A DNA stretch of 64,000 nucleotides from Armatimonadota bacterium. GTDB taxonomy: Bacteria > Armatimonadota > UBA5829 > DTLH01. The stretch's first letter is position 1. Each line of letters begins with the position of its first letter. Where the stretch lies: the NCBI GenBank assembly GCA_038207085.1, contig JBBRAE010000002.1, positions 32,001 through 96,000 on the forward strand, in the 5' to 3' direction. A model generated the notes under the pieces. It was not told the origin of the DNA. It searched no databases and saw only the letters and a list, made by a program, of their open reading frames with translations. The position numbers were made by a program, and so were the translations under genes. This document shows, piece by piece, positions 1 through 8,540 of this stretch.

Positions 1-153
1 TTACCGTCAAGGCTGCTAGCAGGGGAACGCTATCGGAGGAAGCTCCGTATGCATATAAAGATGTGGCAAATGTTGTGGAAGCCGCTGAAGGGGCAGGCAT
101 CTCGAAAAGAGTCGCCAAAATGAGGCCGCTTGGCGTGGTGAAGGGGTAGGGTT

Positions 154-1200
154 TTGGACAAACTGAAAATTGGTCTGATTGGTTGCGGTGGCATCGCAAA
201 GCGCAGGCATGCGCCGGCACTTGCGGCGATTCCCGAGGTTTCGGTTACGGCAATCTGTGACGTTGACCCGGCATGCACCTCTGCTCTTGCTGCGCAGTTC
301 AATATAGCCGAAGTTTACACAAGCTACGAGGACATGCTCGAGCGCGCCGACATAGACGCGGTCGATATCTGCACCCCAAACTTTCTTCACGCGCATCCCG
401 CGATCGCCGCGCTTCGGGCAGGAAAGCATGTGCTTGTAGAAAAACCGATCGGGCGAAACTCAGAAGAGGCCCAGGAGATCATCAAAGTCGCCCAAGAGAC
501 TGGCAAAAAGCTTATGGTCGGGCAGTGCCTGCGTTTCTGCTCTGAGGCGATTGCCCTGAAGCGGTTCGTCGATGCGGGCAAGATGGGGGAGATGTACTAC
601 GCCCGGGTGCGGGCGATCAGGCGGCGAGGGATTCCGACCCACGGCAACTTCATCGACAAAGAGCGCCAGGGCGGAGGGCCGTTGATCGATATCGGGGTCC
701 ACTGGCTCGACTACGCGCTCTGGCTGATGGGGCATCCCAAACCCGTTTCGGTCTCGGGCGCGGCTTACGCCAAGTTCGGCAACAGGCCCGACGTATACTC
801 GCCTTACGGCAAATGGAACCATGAGAAGTTTTCCGTTGAGGACTTCGCATCCGGCCTTGTGCGCTTTGAAAACGGCGCGACGCTTACAATAGAGGCGAGT
901 TTTGCCGCAAATATCGAAAAAGACGCGATGGATCTTGCTATAATGGGTACCGAGGGTGGGCTTCAGGCAAACCCCGCACGCATGTTCCGCGAAGAAGACG
1001 GCAACATGTACGACCAGACCCCAGTATTCTTACCTGAGATAAATATGTATGAAGGGGAGCTTCGGGCTTTCGCAGATTCCATCAGAAACGACACTGTGCC
1101 GCCCGTCACGGGCGATCAGGCGCTTATGGTGATGCGTATCCTGGACGGCTTGTACAGGTCCTCGGAATCGGGCGCAGAGGTAAGATTGGTGCACGCTTAA
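154..1200 (+). CDS. Gfo/Idh/MocA family oxidoreductase
   Basis: GLIGCGGIA Rossmann motif, GKHVLVEKP, GGGPLIDIGVH; TTG start after GGGG RBS. Confidence 0.9.
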   Translation: MDKLKIGLIGCGGIAKRRHAPALAAIPEVSVTAICDVDPACTSALAAQFNIAEVYTSYEDMLERADIDAVDICTPNFLHAHPAIAALRAGKHVLVEKPIGRNSEEAQEIIKVAQETGKKLMVGQCLRFCSEAIALKRFVDAGKMGEMYYARVRAIRRRGIPTHGNFIDKERQGGGPLIDIGVHWLDYALWLMGHPKPVSVSGAAYAKFGNRPDVYSPYGKWNHEKFSVEDFASGLVRFENGATLTIEASFAANIEKDAMDLAIMGTEGGLQANPARMFREEDGNMYDQTPVFLPEINMYEGELRAFADSIRNDTVPPVTGDQALMVMRILDGLYRSSESGAEVRLVHA

Positions 1201-1222
1201 CCTGGATTTGACCGATATCTCT

Positions 1223-1280
1223 TTTGGGGTGGCGATTTCCGAATCGCCACCCCAAAGCTAAGACGGGATTTCCGAATCCC
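1223..1280. repeat. Two adjacent hairpins sharing the core GATTTCCGAATC (terminator/REP-like)
   Basis: TTTGGGGTGGCGATT-tccg-AATCGCCACCCCAAA (1223-1256) and GGGATT-tccg-AATCCC (1265-1280). Confidence 0.6.
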
Positions 1281-1309
1281 TAATGGCGTAATGCATGGCA
1301 ATTGACCCA

Positions 1310-1390
1310 GTAGCCTGCATTATTCACGAGGAGCGTGAATAATGCTTTGCTAGCGAGAGCTTTATTCGTGAAGCGAATAAAGCGGGTTAG
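1310..1390 (+). repeat. Palindromic element, composite A+B copy 1
   Basis: GCATTATTCACG-aggag-CGTGAATAATGC, CTAG, GCTTTATTCG-tgaag-CGAATAAAGC; recurs at 4885, 37026, 43509. Confidence 0.95.
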
Positions 1391-1417
1391 ATTAAAGATC
1401 CGGGGACAGAAACGATT

Positions 1418-3142
1418 TTGAAAGAGGAAACTGGCACGATAGAATCACCCAAAGAAGAGATCGGGCTTTTCAGTCGAATATGGCGGCTCGTCAAGTCGTC
1501 AAAGACGGTCATCGGCCTCGCTATAGTGGCGCTTCTCGCGCAGCTGGGCTGGATGGCGCTCAACTTCTCTGCGCTGCCGGTCTGGATGCAGTACAAGCTC
1601 GATATGGGCGCGTCACTGGGCTGGGTGATGGGCGCGTTCATGCTTACAGAGGCGCTTTTTCGGCCCCCCCTGGGTGCGCTTGGCGACCGGATAGGCCGCA
1701 GGCCCCTGATGCTGATCGGCCCGGCGATAAGCGTATTCACATCGATAGCCACGATATTTGTTCATGGTCCCCTGACTGTTCCAATTATGATCGTCCTTAG
1801 GGCGATTGACGGGATAGGTCTTGCGGCGTTCTGGCCCGCTGCGTTTGCCGCTTTTGGCGATGCGGTGGAAGAAAAATACCGAAGCACCGCGATGGCTATT
1901 CTAAACGGCACGCAGATGGGCGCGGTCGCACTTGGAATGCTTCTGGCGGGAGTAGCAAACGACTATCTTTCCCAGGTTCTCCCGGCCTACACTGGCGCGT
2001 TCTATTTCTGCAGCCTGGTCTTTCTCCTAACCGTAGTTGTGGGTTTTATGCTTCTTCCCAAGCAGATCGGCGACCACCATCACCACGTCCCTGAGGTCGA
2101 GGAAACGCACATCCCGCACACCAATGAGATCGAAGGTGCGCTCAAGTTGGTGCCGGACATGATCGTCCTTAGCGTGGTGATGTTTGCCGCGATCGGGATT
2201 CTTATGCCGATTGTGAAGCTCTATGCGATGGACGCGCTCGGTTTGAACGAAACCCAGTTTGGCTCGATTGTCTTCCCTGTTGCGATTATTCTCGGTGTGC
2301 TTGCTCTTCCGTTCGGCTGGTTTGCCGACAAATGGGGCAAGATGGTCTCGGTCTGCTACGGGATGCTCGTGTGCGCCACGGCTATGTGGATAATCGCGAT
2401 GTTTCGGAGCATCGTCGCACTTGCCGGAGCGTCGATCATCCTCGGTATTGGTTTTCAGATAGCGTTTCCCGCGTGGATGGCCGTAGTCTCACAGGCGGCT
2501 CCAAAGGATCGGCGCGGTCAGGTGATGGGCGCGGTTGGACTCGCGCAGGGGATGGGCGCGCTCCTTGGCGTGCTAGTCGCCCCGATTATCTACACCCGCG
2601 ACTGGCTTTCGCTCCCGAGGCTTGGCATCAACCACATCACGATTCCGTTTTATCTGTGCGCGATTCTGCTTTCTATCAGCACGCTTATGACTTTCATCTG
2701 GATCAGCAAAAAGCGGGCGGAGCAGGCCGGCGGCCGACAGATCAGTGGGTTTGAGCGTCGGGGAGTGGTCGCACTCTCGATCATCGGTGCGGTGGCGATC
2801 GCCGGTTGGGTTGTTTATCGTCTGACGGCTCCGATTCCCCCCGGAAACGTCGCATGGATTTGGGTTCAGCAGAGCGCGCGCCACAAAATAGAGAAAGCCG
2901 AGCAATACGCGCTCCCCTCGAACGAAACCGAGGATGCGGCCAGGGTTTACGGGAACTGGATCAACAGTGAAAAGGCCTCCTATCGCATCACCTCAACCAG
3001 AGTAGACGAAGGAGGTAGGCGAGCGACTGTGATTGTGGAGTTCAAGTTCCCTGACTCGCATCCACACGTGGTTCAGGAGGTCATAATCCTTCGGCACGTG
3101 AGCGAGAAAGATTGGAAGGTAATCGGGCGCTCCTCGAAATAG
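1418..3142 (+). CDS. MFS transporter with C-terminal extension
   Basis: GALGDRIGRR motif A, about 12 TM segments, extra TM plus a soluble C-terminal domain. Confidence 0.85.
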   Translation: MKEETGTIESPKEEIGLFSRIWRLVKSSKTVIGLAIVALLAQLGWMALNFSALPVWMQYKLDMGASLGWVMGAFMLTEALFRPPLGALGDRIGRRPLMLIGPAISVFTSIATIFVHGPLTVPIMIVLRAIDGIGLAAFWPAAFAAFGDAVEEKYRSTAMAILNGTQMGAVALGMLLAGVANDYLSQVLPAYTGAFYFCSLVFLLTVVVGFMLLPKQIGDHHHHVPEVEETHIPHTNEIEGALKLVPDMIVLSVVMFAAIGILMPIVKLYAMDALGLNETQFGSIVFPVAIILGVLALPFGWFADKWGKMVSVCYGMLVCATAMWIIAMFRSIVALAGASIILGIGFQIAFPAWMAVVSQAAPKDRRGQVMGAVGLAQGMGALLGVLVAPIIYTRDWLSLPRLGINHITIPFYLCAILLSISTLMTFIWISKKRAEQAGGRQISGFERRGVVALSIIGAVAIAGWVVYRLTAPIPPGNVAWIWVQQSARHKIEKAEQYALPSNETEDAARVYGNWINSEKASYRITSTRVDEGGRRATVIVEFKFPDSHPHVVQEVIILRHVSEKDWKVIGRSSK

Positions 3143-3228
3143 AAGAATATCAGAGTCTTTGTGATTGACATTTATGTTTGATAATAGCGTGTCAGGAACG
3201 CAGTATTACACCTGTCTAGGAGGACATC

Positions 3229-4191
3229 TTGTTAGCATTGGAATTTCTCGGCTTGCTCACGGTAATCGTGGGTGCGGCGTGGCTCCTCAGTGTGGGCGCC
3301 GAGGTGCTCGCAGAAAAATACGGAGCGAACTTTACAGGGAGCATCCTGCTTGCTCTTATCACTACGCTTCCTGAGTACCTGTTTGTCTATTGGGCTGCGG
3401 TAAAGTCGCAGTATCCTATGGCTATTGGCTCGGCTGTCGGGGCATGCACCCTTCTTGTAACGCTTGGGTACGGTTCGGTGATCCTGGTTGCGACGACGCG
3501 TCTTAGCAAGAAGCCTGTGAAACACATTGTGCTTTCGCGACATACGCAGGTAGATGCGATCTATCTTGCCGTGACTTCAGTCCTAGCCTATGTTCTGGCG
3601 TGGGTAGGGAATGGGCTTAGCTTCACAGACGGAATTATCCTTGCAGCCATCTTCCTGATTTATGTAGTGCAGCATTATGTGGTCGCGAGAATGTACGCAA
3701 AGACCATCGAGCACAACGTCACAACCCGAGATATGGTCAAGGCGTTTGTGATGATGGTTATCGGCGGGGTGATAATTGTAATTGCCTCAGAGCCGTTTGT
3801 TGATTCGATGAGTCACATCGCAGATGCCATTGGGGTAAGCGCGATGGCGGTTGCGATTGTCCTTAGCCCTATCGCCTCCGAGCTTCCCGAAAAGATCACC
3901 GCATATCTCACTGTTATGCGCGATGGCAAGAACGCCGAGATCTCTGTCTGCAACTTTATGGGAAGCAAGGTGAACCACAACAGTCTGCTTCTTGCGGTGC
4001 TGCCTTTTGTCGCGGTCGCTTATGCTCACAAGCCTGTGACCGGAGTGATCGGCGCGCCCTTTACGATCATGACGGTGCTTACACTTTTTGCAGCAGTAAG
4101 CCTTGCTCGACGGCGCCTTGAGCGTTGGCAGGGCTGGGTTTTCGTCGCCCTTTACCTGACGACTATCGGCGCGGCGTATATGGTCCGTTAG
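3229..4191 (+). CDS. Sodium:calcium antiporter (CaCA) family protein
   Basis: Alpha-repeats TTLPEY and ASELPEK; hydrophobic; AGGAGG RBS. Confidence 0.85.
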   Translation: MLALEFLGLLTVIVGAAWLLSVGAEVLAEKYGANFTGSILLALITTLPEYLFVYWAAVKSQYPMAIGSAVGACTLLVTLGYGSVILVATTRLSKKPVKHIVLSRHTQVDAIYLAVTSVLAYVLAWVGNGLSFTDGIILAAIFLIYVVQHYVVARMYAKTIEHNVTTRDMVKAFVMMVIGGVIIVIASEPFVDSMSHIADAIGVSAMAVAIVLSPIASELPEKITAYLTVMRDGKNAEISVCNFMGSKVNHNSLLLAVLPFVAVAYAHKPVTGVIGAPFTIMTVLTLFAAVSLARRRLERWQGWVFVALYLTTIGAAYMVR

Positions 4192-4200
4192 AATAACAAG

Positions 4201-4225
4201 CGAGGGCGGAGAGTATCCGCCCTCG
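4201..4225. terminator. Hairpin between convergent genes
   Basis: CGAGGGCGGA-gagta-TCCGCCCTCG. Confidence 0.6.
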
Positions 4226-4230
4226 AATGC

Positions 4231-4680
4231 TTACAGCGAGATTCTCGGCTCTGAGATCTCTTCCAGCGCCTCTTCAAACTCCTCGGTCATCTGCGGCTGG
4301 GCCGCGACCACGCGCCGGGCGATATCGGCCTGCGAGACCATGCCAATAAGCTGCCCCTGTTCGTCGGTGATTGGAATGCGCCGCACCTTATACTCTTCCA
4401 TCATCCTGATGCATTCGTCGACGCTTGCCTGGGGTTTTAGTGTGTGTGGGGTTGGGGTCATGGCGTCGAGCGCCATCATTTCAAGCGGATCGAGCCCTTT
4501 TGCGAGCGTGCGAACTACGATATCGCGATCGGTGACGATCCCTACGACCTCCCCGGTCCGCGAGTCGCAGACCGGAACCGCGCCGCAATCGAACTCCACC
4601 ATCATCTGCGCGACCGCCTCAAGCGAGCTCTCCGGCTCCACGCAAATGGGGTCTCTGGTCATAATATCCTGAACCTGCAT
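4231..4680 (-). CDS. CBS domain-pair protein
   Basis: VQDIMTRDP...VGIVTDRDIV...RRIPITDEQGQLIGMVSQADI; ATG after GGAGG. Confidence 0.9.
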   Translation of the reverse strand: MQVQDIMTRDPICVEPESSLEAVAQMMVEFDCGAVPVCDSRTGEVVGIVTDRDIVVRTLAKGLDPLEMMALDAMTPTPHTLKPQASVDECIRMMEEYKVRRIPITDEQGQLIGMVSQADIARRVVAAQPQMTEEFEEALEEISEPRISL

Positions 4681-4744
4681 TGCTGCCACCTCCAGTGGGT
4701 CTTACAAGTTCGGTACCCGATTGGGATGGAGAGCTAAACGCGGG

Positions 4745-4885
4745 TCAGACTTCTACCTCTCGCAGAATCATACGATCTTCAAGTTGCAACGGCTCCTGGC
4801 GAAGATATAGCCTGATAGCTTCCTTCGCGTTGGCTATGGCGTCGTCCAGAGAGAAACCAGCGGAGGCGCAGCCTGGTTCTTTGTC
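4745..4885 (-). pseudogene. HicB-family antitoxin remnant (N-terminus missing)
   Basis: Minus strand reads EPGCASAGFSLDDAIANAKEAIRLYLRQEPLQLEDRMILREVEV*, matching the HicB PGC..G...EA..NAKEAI.LYL pattern; no start codon, cut at the repeat. Confidence 0.7.
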
Positions 4886-4965
4886 TAGCCCGCATTATTC
4901 ACGAGTAGCGTGAATAATGCTCTGCTAGCGATAGCTTTATTCGCTTCACAAATAAAGCGGGCTAG
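4885..4965 (+). repeat. Palindromic element, composite A+B copy 2, CTAG at both ends
   Basis: CTAGCCCGCATTATTCACG...AATAAAGCGGGCTAG. Confidence 0.95.
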
Positions 4966-4977
4966 TCCGGGTTTGGC

Positions 4978-5247
4978 CTAAGCGATCCAAATTCGTCCCT
5001 CGGAGTCCTCAACAATCTCTCCAATCTCATAGAGAAAGTCGGGCGAAAAGTCGGCATCGTTGTCCCAGACAACAGTGTCGAGATCAGAGCTGACCGCAAA
5101 GGTTTTGAAAAACTCCACATTCTTCAGTGGCTCGAAGATTTCGCCTGAGAGATGAGGTTCGAGGTCGACCAAGCGTGTTGAGCCGTCTTCGAAGGTGATC
5201 CGAAGCTTGTAATCCTTGACATAAGAAGCCTTCCTAACAAAATGCAT
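4978..5247 (-). CDS. DUF2442 family protein (putative antitoxin partner)
   Basis: YKLRITFEDG...GEIFEPLK...TVVWDNDADFSPDFLY. Confidence 0.85.
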   Translation of the reverse strand: MHFVRKASYVKDYKLRITFEDGSTRLVDLEPHLSGEIFEPLKNVEFFKTFAVSSDLDTVVWDNDADFSPDFLYEIGEIVEDSEGRIWIA

Positions 5248-5256
5248 TTTACCCTC

Positions 5257-5517
5257 CTAAACTAACGGCTCGATTTTTTGCAGCGGTTTTCTTGCCATCG
5301 CGAGTTCCCAATCCAGCATTAGCTCTTCACGGTGTGCGAATGCCCACTCCAGGACGAGAGCGACTACCCTCTGCGACAATCTCCCCTCGATTAACCTGAG
5401 GTCTGAAATTACAAACACACCAGTTTGGTCTCCATACTTCGCGTGGAAATGCGGAGGTTGGTGGTCATTATAGTATATCGCAATTATGATACCGAAAAAA
5501 CGACTGATTTCAGGCAC
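5257..5517 (-). CDS. DUF4160 family protein (putative toxin partner)
   Basis: MPEISRFFGIII.IYYNDHQPPHFHAKYG...IEPL. Confidence 0.9.
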   Translation of the reverse strand: MPEISRFFGIIIAIYYNDHQPPHFHAKYGDQTGVFVISDLRLIEGRLSQRVVALVLEWAFAHREELMLDWELAMARKPLQKIEPLV

Positions 5518-5531
5518 GTCGGTCCCTTTCG

Positions 5532-6581
5532 TTAAAGAATCGTAATCTGCTTCTCGGAGTCCTCAACGATTTCTCCGATCTCCAACGCAGGCACGCCAGC
5601 TTCGACCATCTTGCGCTGAAGCTCTTCGGCCTTATCGGGTGAGACGCTTATCAGGAGCCCGCCGGAGGTCTGGGGGTCGCAGAGGAGTAGCTTGTCGGCT
5701 TCGGTCGCGTCCGGCGGCCAGACTATTGCGTTGCATTTTTCTAGAAATTCGAGATTGCGGTAAGCGCCGCCCGGGGCCATGTCGCGGGCGAGGAGGTCGC
5801 GGACGCCGCCCATTGTGGGGATGTCGTCCATGCGCACTCGCGCGCCTACGCCGCTTGCGCAGGTCATTTCCCGCAGGTGACCCAGCAGGCTAAAGCCCGT
5901 TACGTCGGTGCAGGAGTTGATTCCGACCTTTTGCATAACCTCGGAGGCCGATTTGTTGAGCGTTGTCATCCAGGTGATCGATTCGGCGACTTGCTCTGTG
6001 GTCGCTGCCCCTCGCTTGACGGCGGTGGAGATCACTCCGGTGCCGATCGGTTTGGTGAGGAAAAGCACGTCCCCCACCCTCGCCGTCGCGTTTGTTATCA
6101 CTTTGTCGGGATGAACGAGACCCATCGCGACAAAGCCGAACTTGGGCTCGGGGTCGTCGATCGAGTGGCCGCCGACTACGCTTACACCAGCCGCCGCAGC
6201 CTGGTCGGCCCCGCCGCGCAGGATATCCTCAAGTATAGAGAGGGGAAGGTCGCGCGCGGGGAAGGCGACTACGTTTAGGCCGATTACAGGAGTGCCCCCC
6301 ATCGCGTAGACGTCGGAGACGGCGTTGGTGACAGCGATGCGGCCGAAGTCGTAGGGGTCGTCGACGATCGGGGTGAAGAAGTCGAGCGTGAGCACCGCGG
6401 CGATGTCGTCTGTAATGCGATAGACGCCGGCGTCGTCGCTTGTGTTGATCCCGACCAGGACGTTGGGGTCGGTGATCGGCGGCAGAAACTTTATCACCTG
6501 CCGAAGATGCTCCGGCCCGATCTTGCACCCGCAGCCCGCGCCGTGGGAAAGTGTCGTAAGTCTAATCTCTTTTTCGGTCAT
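5532..6581 (-). CDS. selD: Selenide, water dikinase (Cys form)
   Basis: LTTLSHGAGCGCKIG, DDAGVY, DFFTPIVDDPYDFG, DPQTSGGLL; start trimmed to MTEKEIRL. Confidence 0.95.
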   Translation of the reverse strand: MTEKEIRLTTLSHGAGCGCKIGPEHLRQVIKFLPPITDPNVLVGINTSDDAGVYRITDDIAAVLTLDFFTPIVDDPYDFGRIAVTNAVSDVYAMGGTPVIGLNVVAFPARDLPLSILEDILRGGADQAAAAGVSVVGGHSIDDPEPKFGFVAMGLVHPDKVITNATARVGDVLFLTKPIGTGVISTAVKRGAATTEQVAESITWMTTLNKSASEVMQKVGINSCTDVTGFSLLGHLREMTCASGVGARVRMDDIPTMGGVRDLLARDMAPGGAYRNLEFLEKCNAIVWPPDATEADKLLLCDPQTSGGLLISVSPDKAEELQRKMVEAGVPALEIGEIVEDSEKQITIL

Positions 6582-6698
6582 CGAAAACCCTCCGCTACTG
6601 TCACTCTGATAACTACTACGTGAGAAGTCCGCCCATTCCTCCTTGACTTCTATACGCCGGTCTGCTAAAACAATGGAAGATATTCCAAGGAGCAAGCG

Positions 6699-8405
6699 AT
6701 GAAAGAGTCTGAACAGGTAAGCATAGAAACACAGGCATACATACTGACGGTGGATATCGACGCGTGGCAGCTCGATTTTGGCTTCGGCGACAAGTCCGAG
6801 CCCGTATTTTCGTCCAACTCTCCCCTGTTGCTCTACCCCGAGATCGTGGGCGCGCATTTGGTGGAGGGAAGCGGCCAGATCGAGTTCTCGGGCTACGACC
6901 CCGCGGGAAACCCCAAGCTCGTAGTGAGCGCGACGCTTGGCGGGAGCACGGAGGGGCGCGTCACCAACACGATCTTCGGACTGCCCGATCGACTGATCTG
7001 CAACGCCGAGTACCTCGCCCTAAGCGATCACGCCGTCGCCCATTGGGTGGTCGCTGCATCGGGTGGCAAGATCAACGCCGATGGGGTGCACGCCTACGTC
7101 GGTCAGCCTCACCTTGAGACAAACGGGCAGGTCTTCGGGCTCGACGGGGTCGATATCTCTACCGCAAGCCACAACTGGTCGTACTTTCCGGTCGTGCCGA
7201 GGGTGCTTCTGAAGCGCGGGCTCTTTAGCGTCTGCGTCGGCGGAACGAGCCTCGCCCACGACTTTGGGATGGAGCTGAAATCAGGCGCGGGAGAGCTCGA
7301 GCACTGGAGGTTCAACTACGGTGGCGAGAAGTGCCCGCTTGAGCTGCCCGGAGGGCGCGTGCACCGGGGACCGAGGCTTCAGATTCAGGTGACGCTCAAC
7401 CTCACCGACGACCAGGCCCACGGCGCGTTCACCCAGGCGATGATGGACGACGGCATCGTCCCCGAAAAGAAGTTCAAGCCGGAGGACGACGTGTGGCTGC
7501 GGCCATGGTACTGCACTTGGGGCGACCAGTTCGTGATGGCGACCGAAAAGCTCGGCACGCGAAATCATCCCGATCACTTCAATGTGACCAAAGAGAACCT
7601 GACCCAGGAGTTCGTGCTCGCCGCCGCGAAAAAGATTCGAGAAGAAGGCCTGAACATCGGGACGATCATAATCGACGAAGGCTGGCAGGACTTTCGGGGC
7701 GACTGGAACCTCCTGACAGAGAAGTTCCCGGACATGCGCGCGCTGGTCGATGAGCTCCACGCCATGGACTTCAAGGTCGCGCTTTGGTGGTCGCCCTTTC
7801 ACACCGAAGCGGGCGCGAAGGTCTTGAAGCACCCTGAAATGCTCGCAGGACCCTCGAAGCACGGGTACATGTGGCTTGACTACACCAACCCCCGCGTGCG
7901 CGACTGGATGGCCGACAAATTCGAGCTGTGGTTTGGAAACGGCCCGGGCCAGTGGGACATCGACGGAATCAAGCTCGACTACATCGCCGAAAAATACTAC
8001 GCGCGCCCCAACCCGATCGACCTCGACTGGTACGGCGAAGAACGCGCCCTTGCGCGGGTCTTTGAGATGGTCTACAAAGCGATCGCCAAGTACAAGCCCT
8101 CCCCCTACCTCTGGGGGCAGCCTTTCAACCCGCACCACCAGCAGTATTTCATCGCCTGTTGTAGCGAGGAGAGCTTCCTGGAGTACGTCACCTTTATGTA
8201 TTCCAAGGTAGCGATGCGCGACGCCCTCTGCCCGGGCCAGCGAGTGACGACCCACTTCAACTATCACGCGCACATGCAGGCCGATTACCTGCGAATGATG
8301 AACCGGATCGACGGCATCCCCCAGATCGGGCTCTTGATGACCGAGCAGGTGACGCCTGAGATTCTTTCCGAGATGCGCGAGCTGTTGGACGAATACTGGG
8401 GATAA
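6699..8405 (+). CDS. Clan GH-D glycoside hydrolase (GH36/GH31-like TIM barrel)
   Basis: PWYCTW, IIIDEGWQ, KFPDMRALVDELH, DGIKLDY. Confidence 0.7.
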   Translation: MKESEQVSIETQAYILTVDIDAWQLDFGFGDKSEPVFSSNSPLLLYPEIVGAHLVEGSGQIEFSGYDPAGNPKLVVSATLGGSTEGRVTNTIFGLPDRLICNAEYLALSDHAVAHWVVAASGGKINADGVHAYVGQPHLETNGQVFGLDGVDISTASHNWSYFPVVPRVLLKRGLFSVCVGGTSLAHDFGMELKSGAGELEHWRFNYGGEKCPLELPGGRVHRGPRLQIQVTLNLTDDQAHGAFTQAMMDDGIVPEKKFKPEDDVWLRPWYCTWGDQFVMATEKLGTRNHPDHFNVTKENLTQEFVLAAAKKIREEGLNIGTIIIDEGWQDFRGDWNLLTEKFPDMRALVDELHAMDFKVALWWSPFHTEAGAKVLKHPEMLAGPSKHGYMWLDYTNPRVRDWMADKFELWFGNGPGQWDIDGIKLDYIAEKYYARPNPIDLDWYGEERALARVFEMVYKAIAKYKPSPYLWGQPFNPHHQQYFIACCSEESFLEYVTFMYSKVAMRDALCPGQRVTTHFNYHAHMQADYLRMMNRIDGIPQIGLLMTEQVTPEILSEMRELLDEYWG

Positions 8406-8414
8406 GCAAAACCA

Positions 8415-8479
8415 TTTGGAGTGCGGCGCGCGAGCGCCGCTCGCTTTCACAGAGTGTTTGTCCACGTCCGCACTCCAAA
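8415..8479. repeat. REP-like inverted repeat (GGAGTGCG type)
   Basis: TTTGGAGTGCGG (8415-8426) and CCGCACTCCAAA (8468-8479), with an internal GCGGCGC/GCGCCGC hairpin. Confidence 0.65.
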
Positions 8480-8540
8480 CCAAGAGCTCCCAATGGTATA
8501 ATATATCGGCAAGTGAACATCGCCAAGAGGGGAATCATCG

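Noticed and set aside
6520..6550. Selenocysteine recoding in selD
   Set aside because: The active-site motif is GCGCK with TGC codons; there is no in-frame TGA.
7281..8483. Long antisense ORFs (also 12792-13790, 24336-25394, 48980-49948, 52384-53256)
   Set aside because: These are shadow ORFs opposite well-supported genes in GC-rich DNA and carry no motifs.
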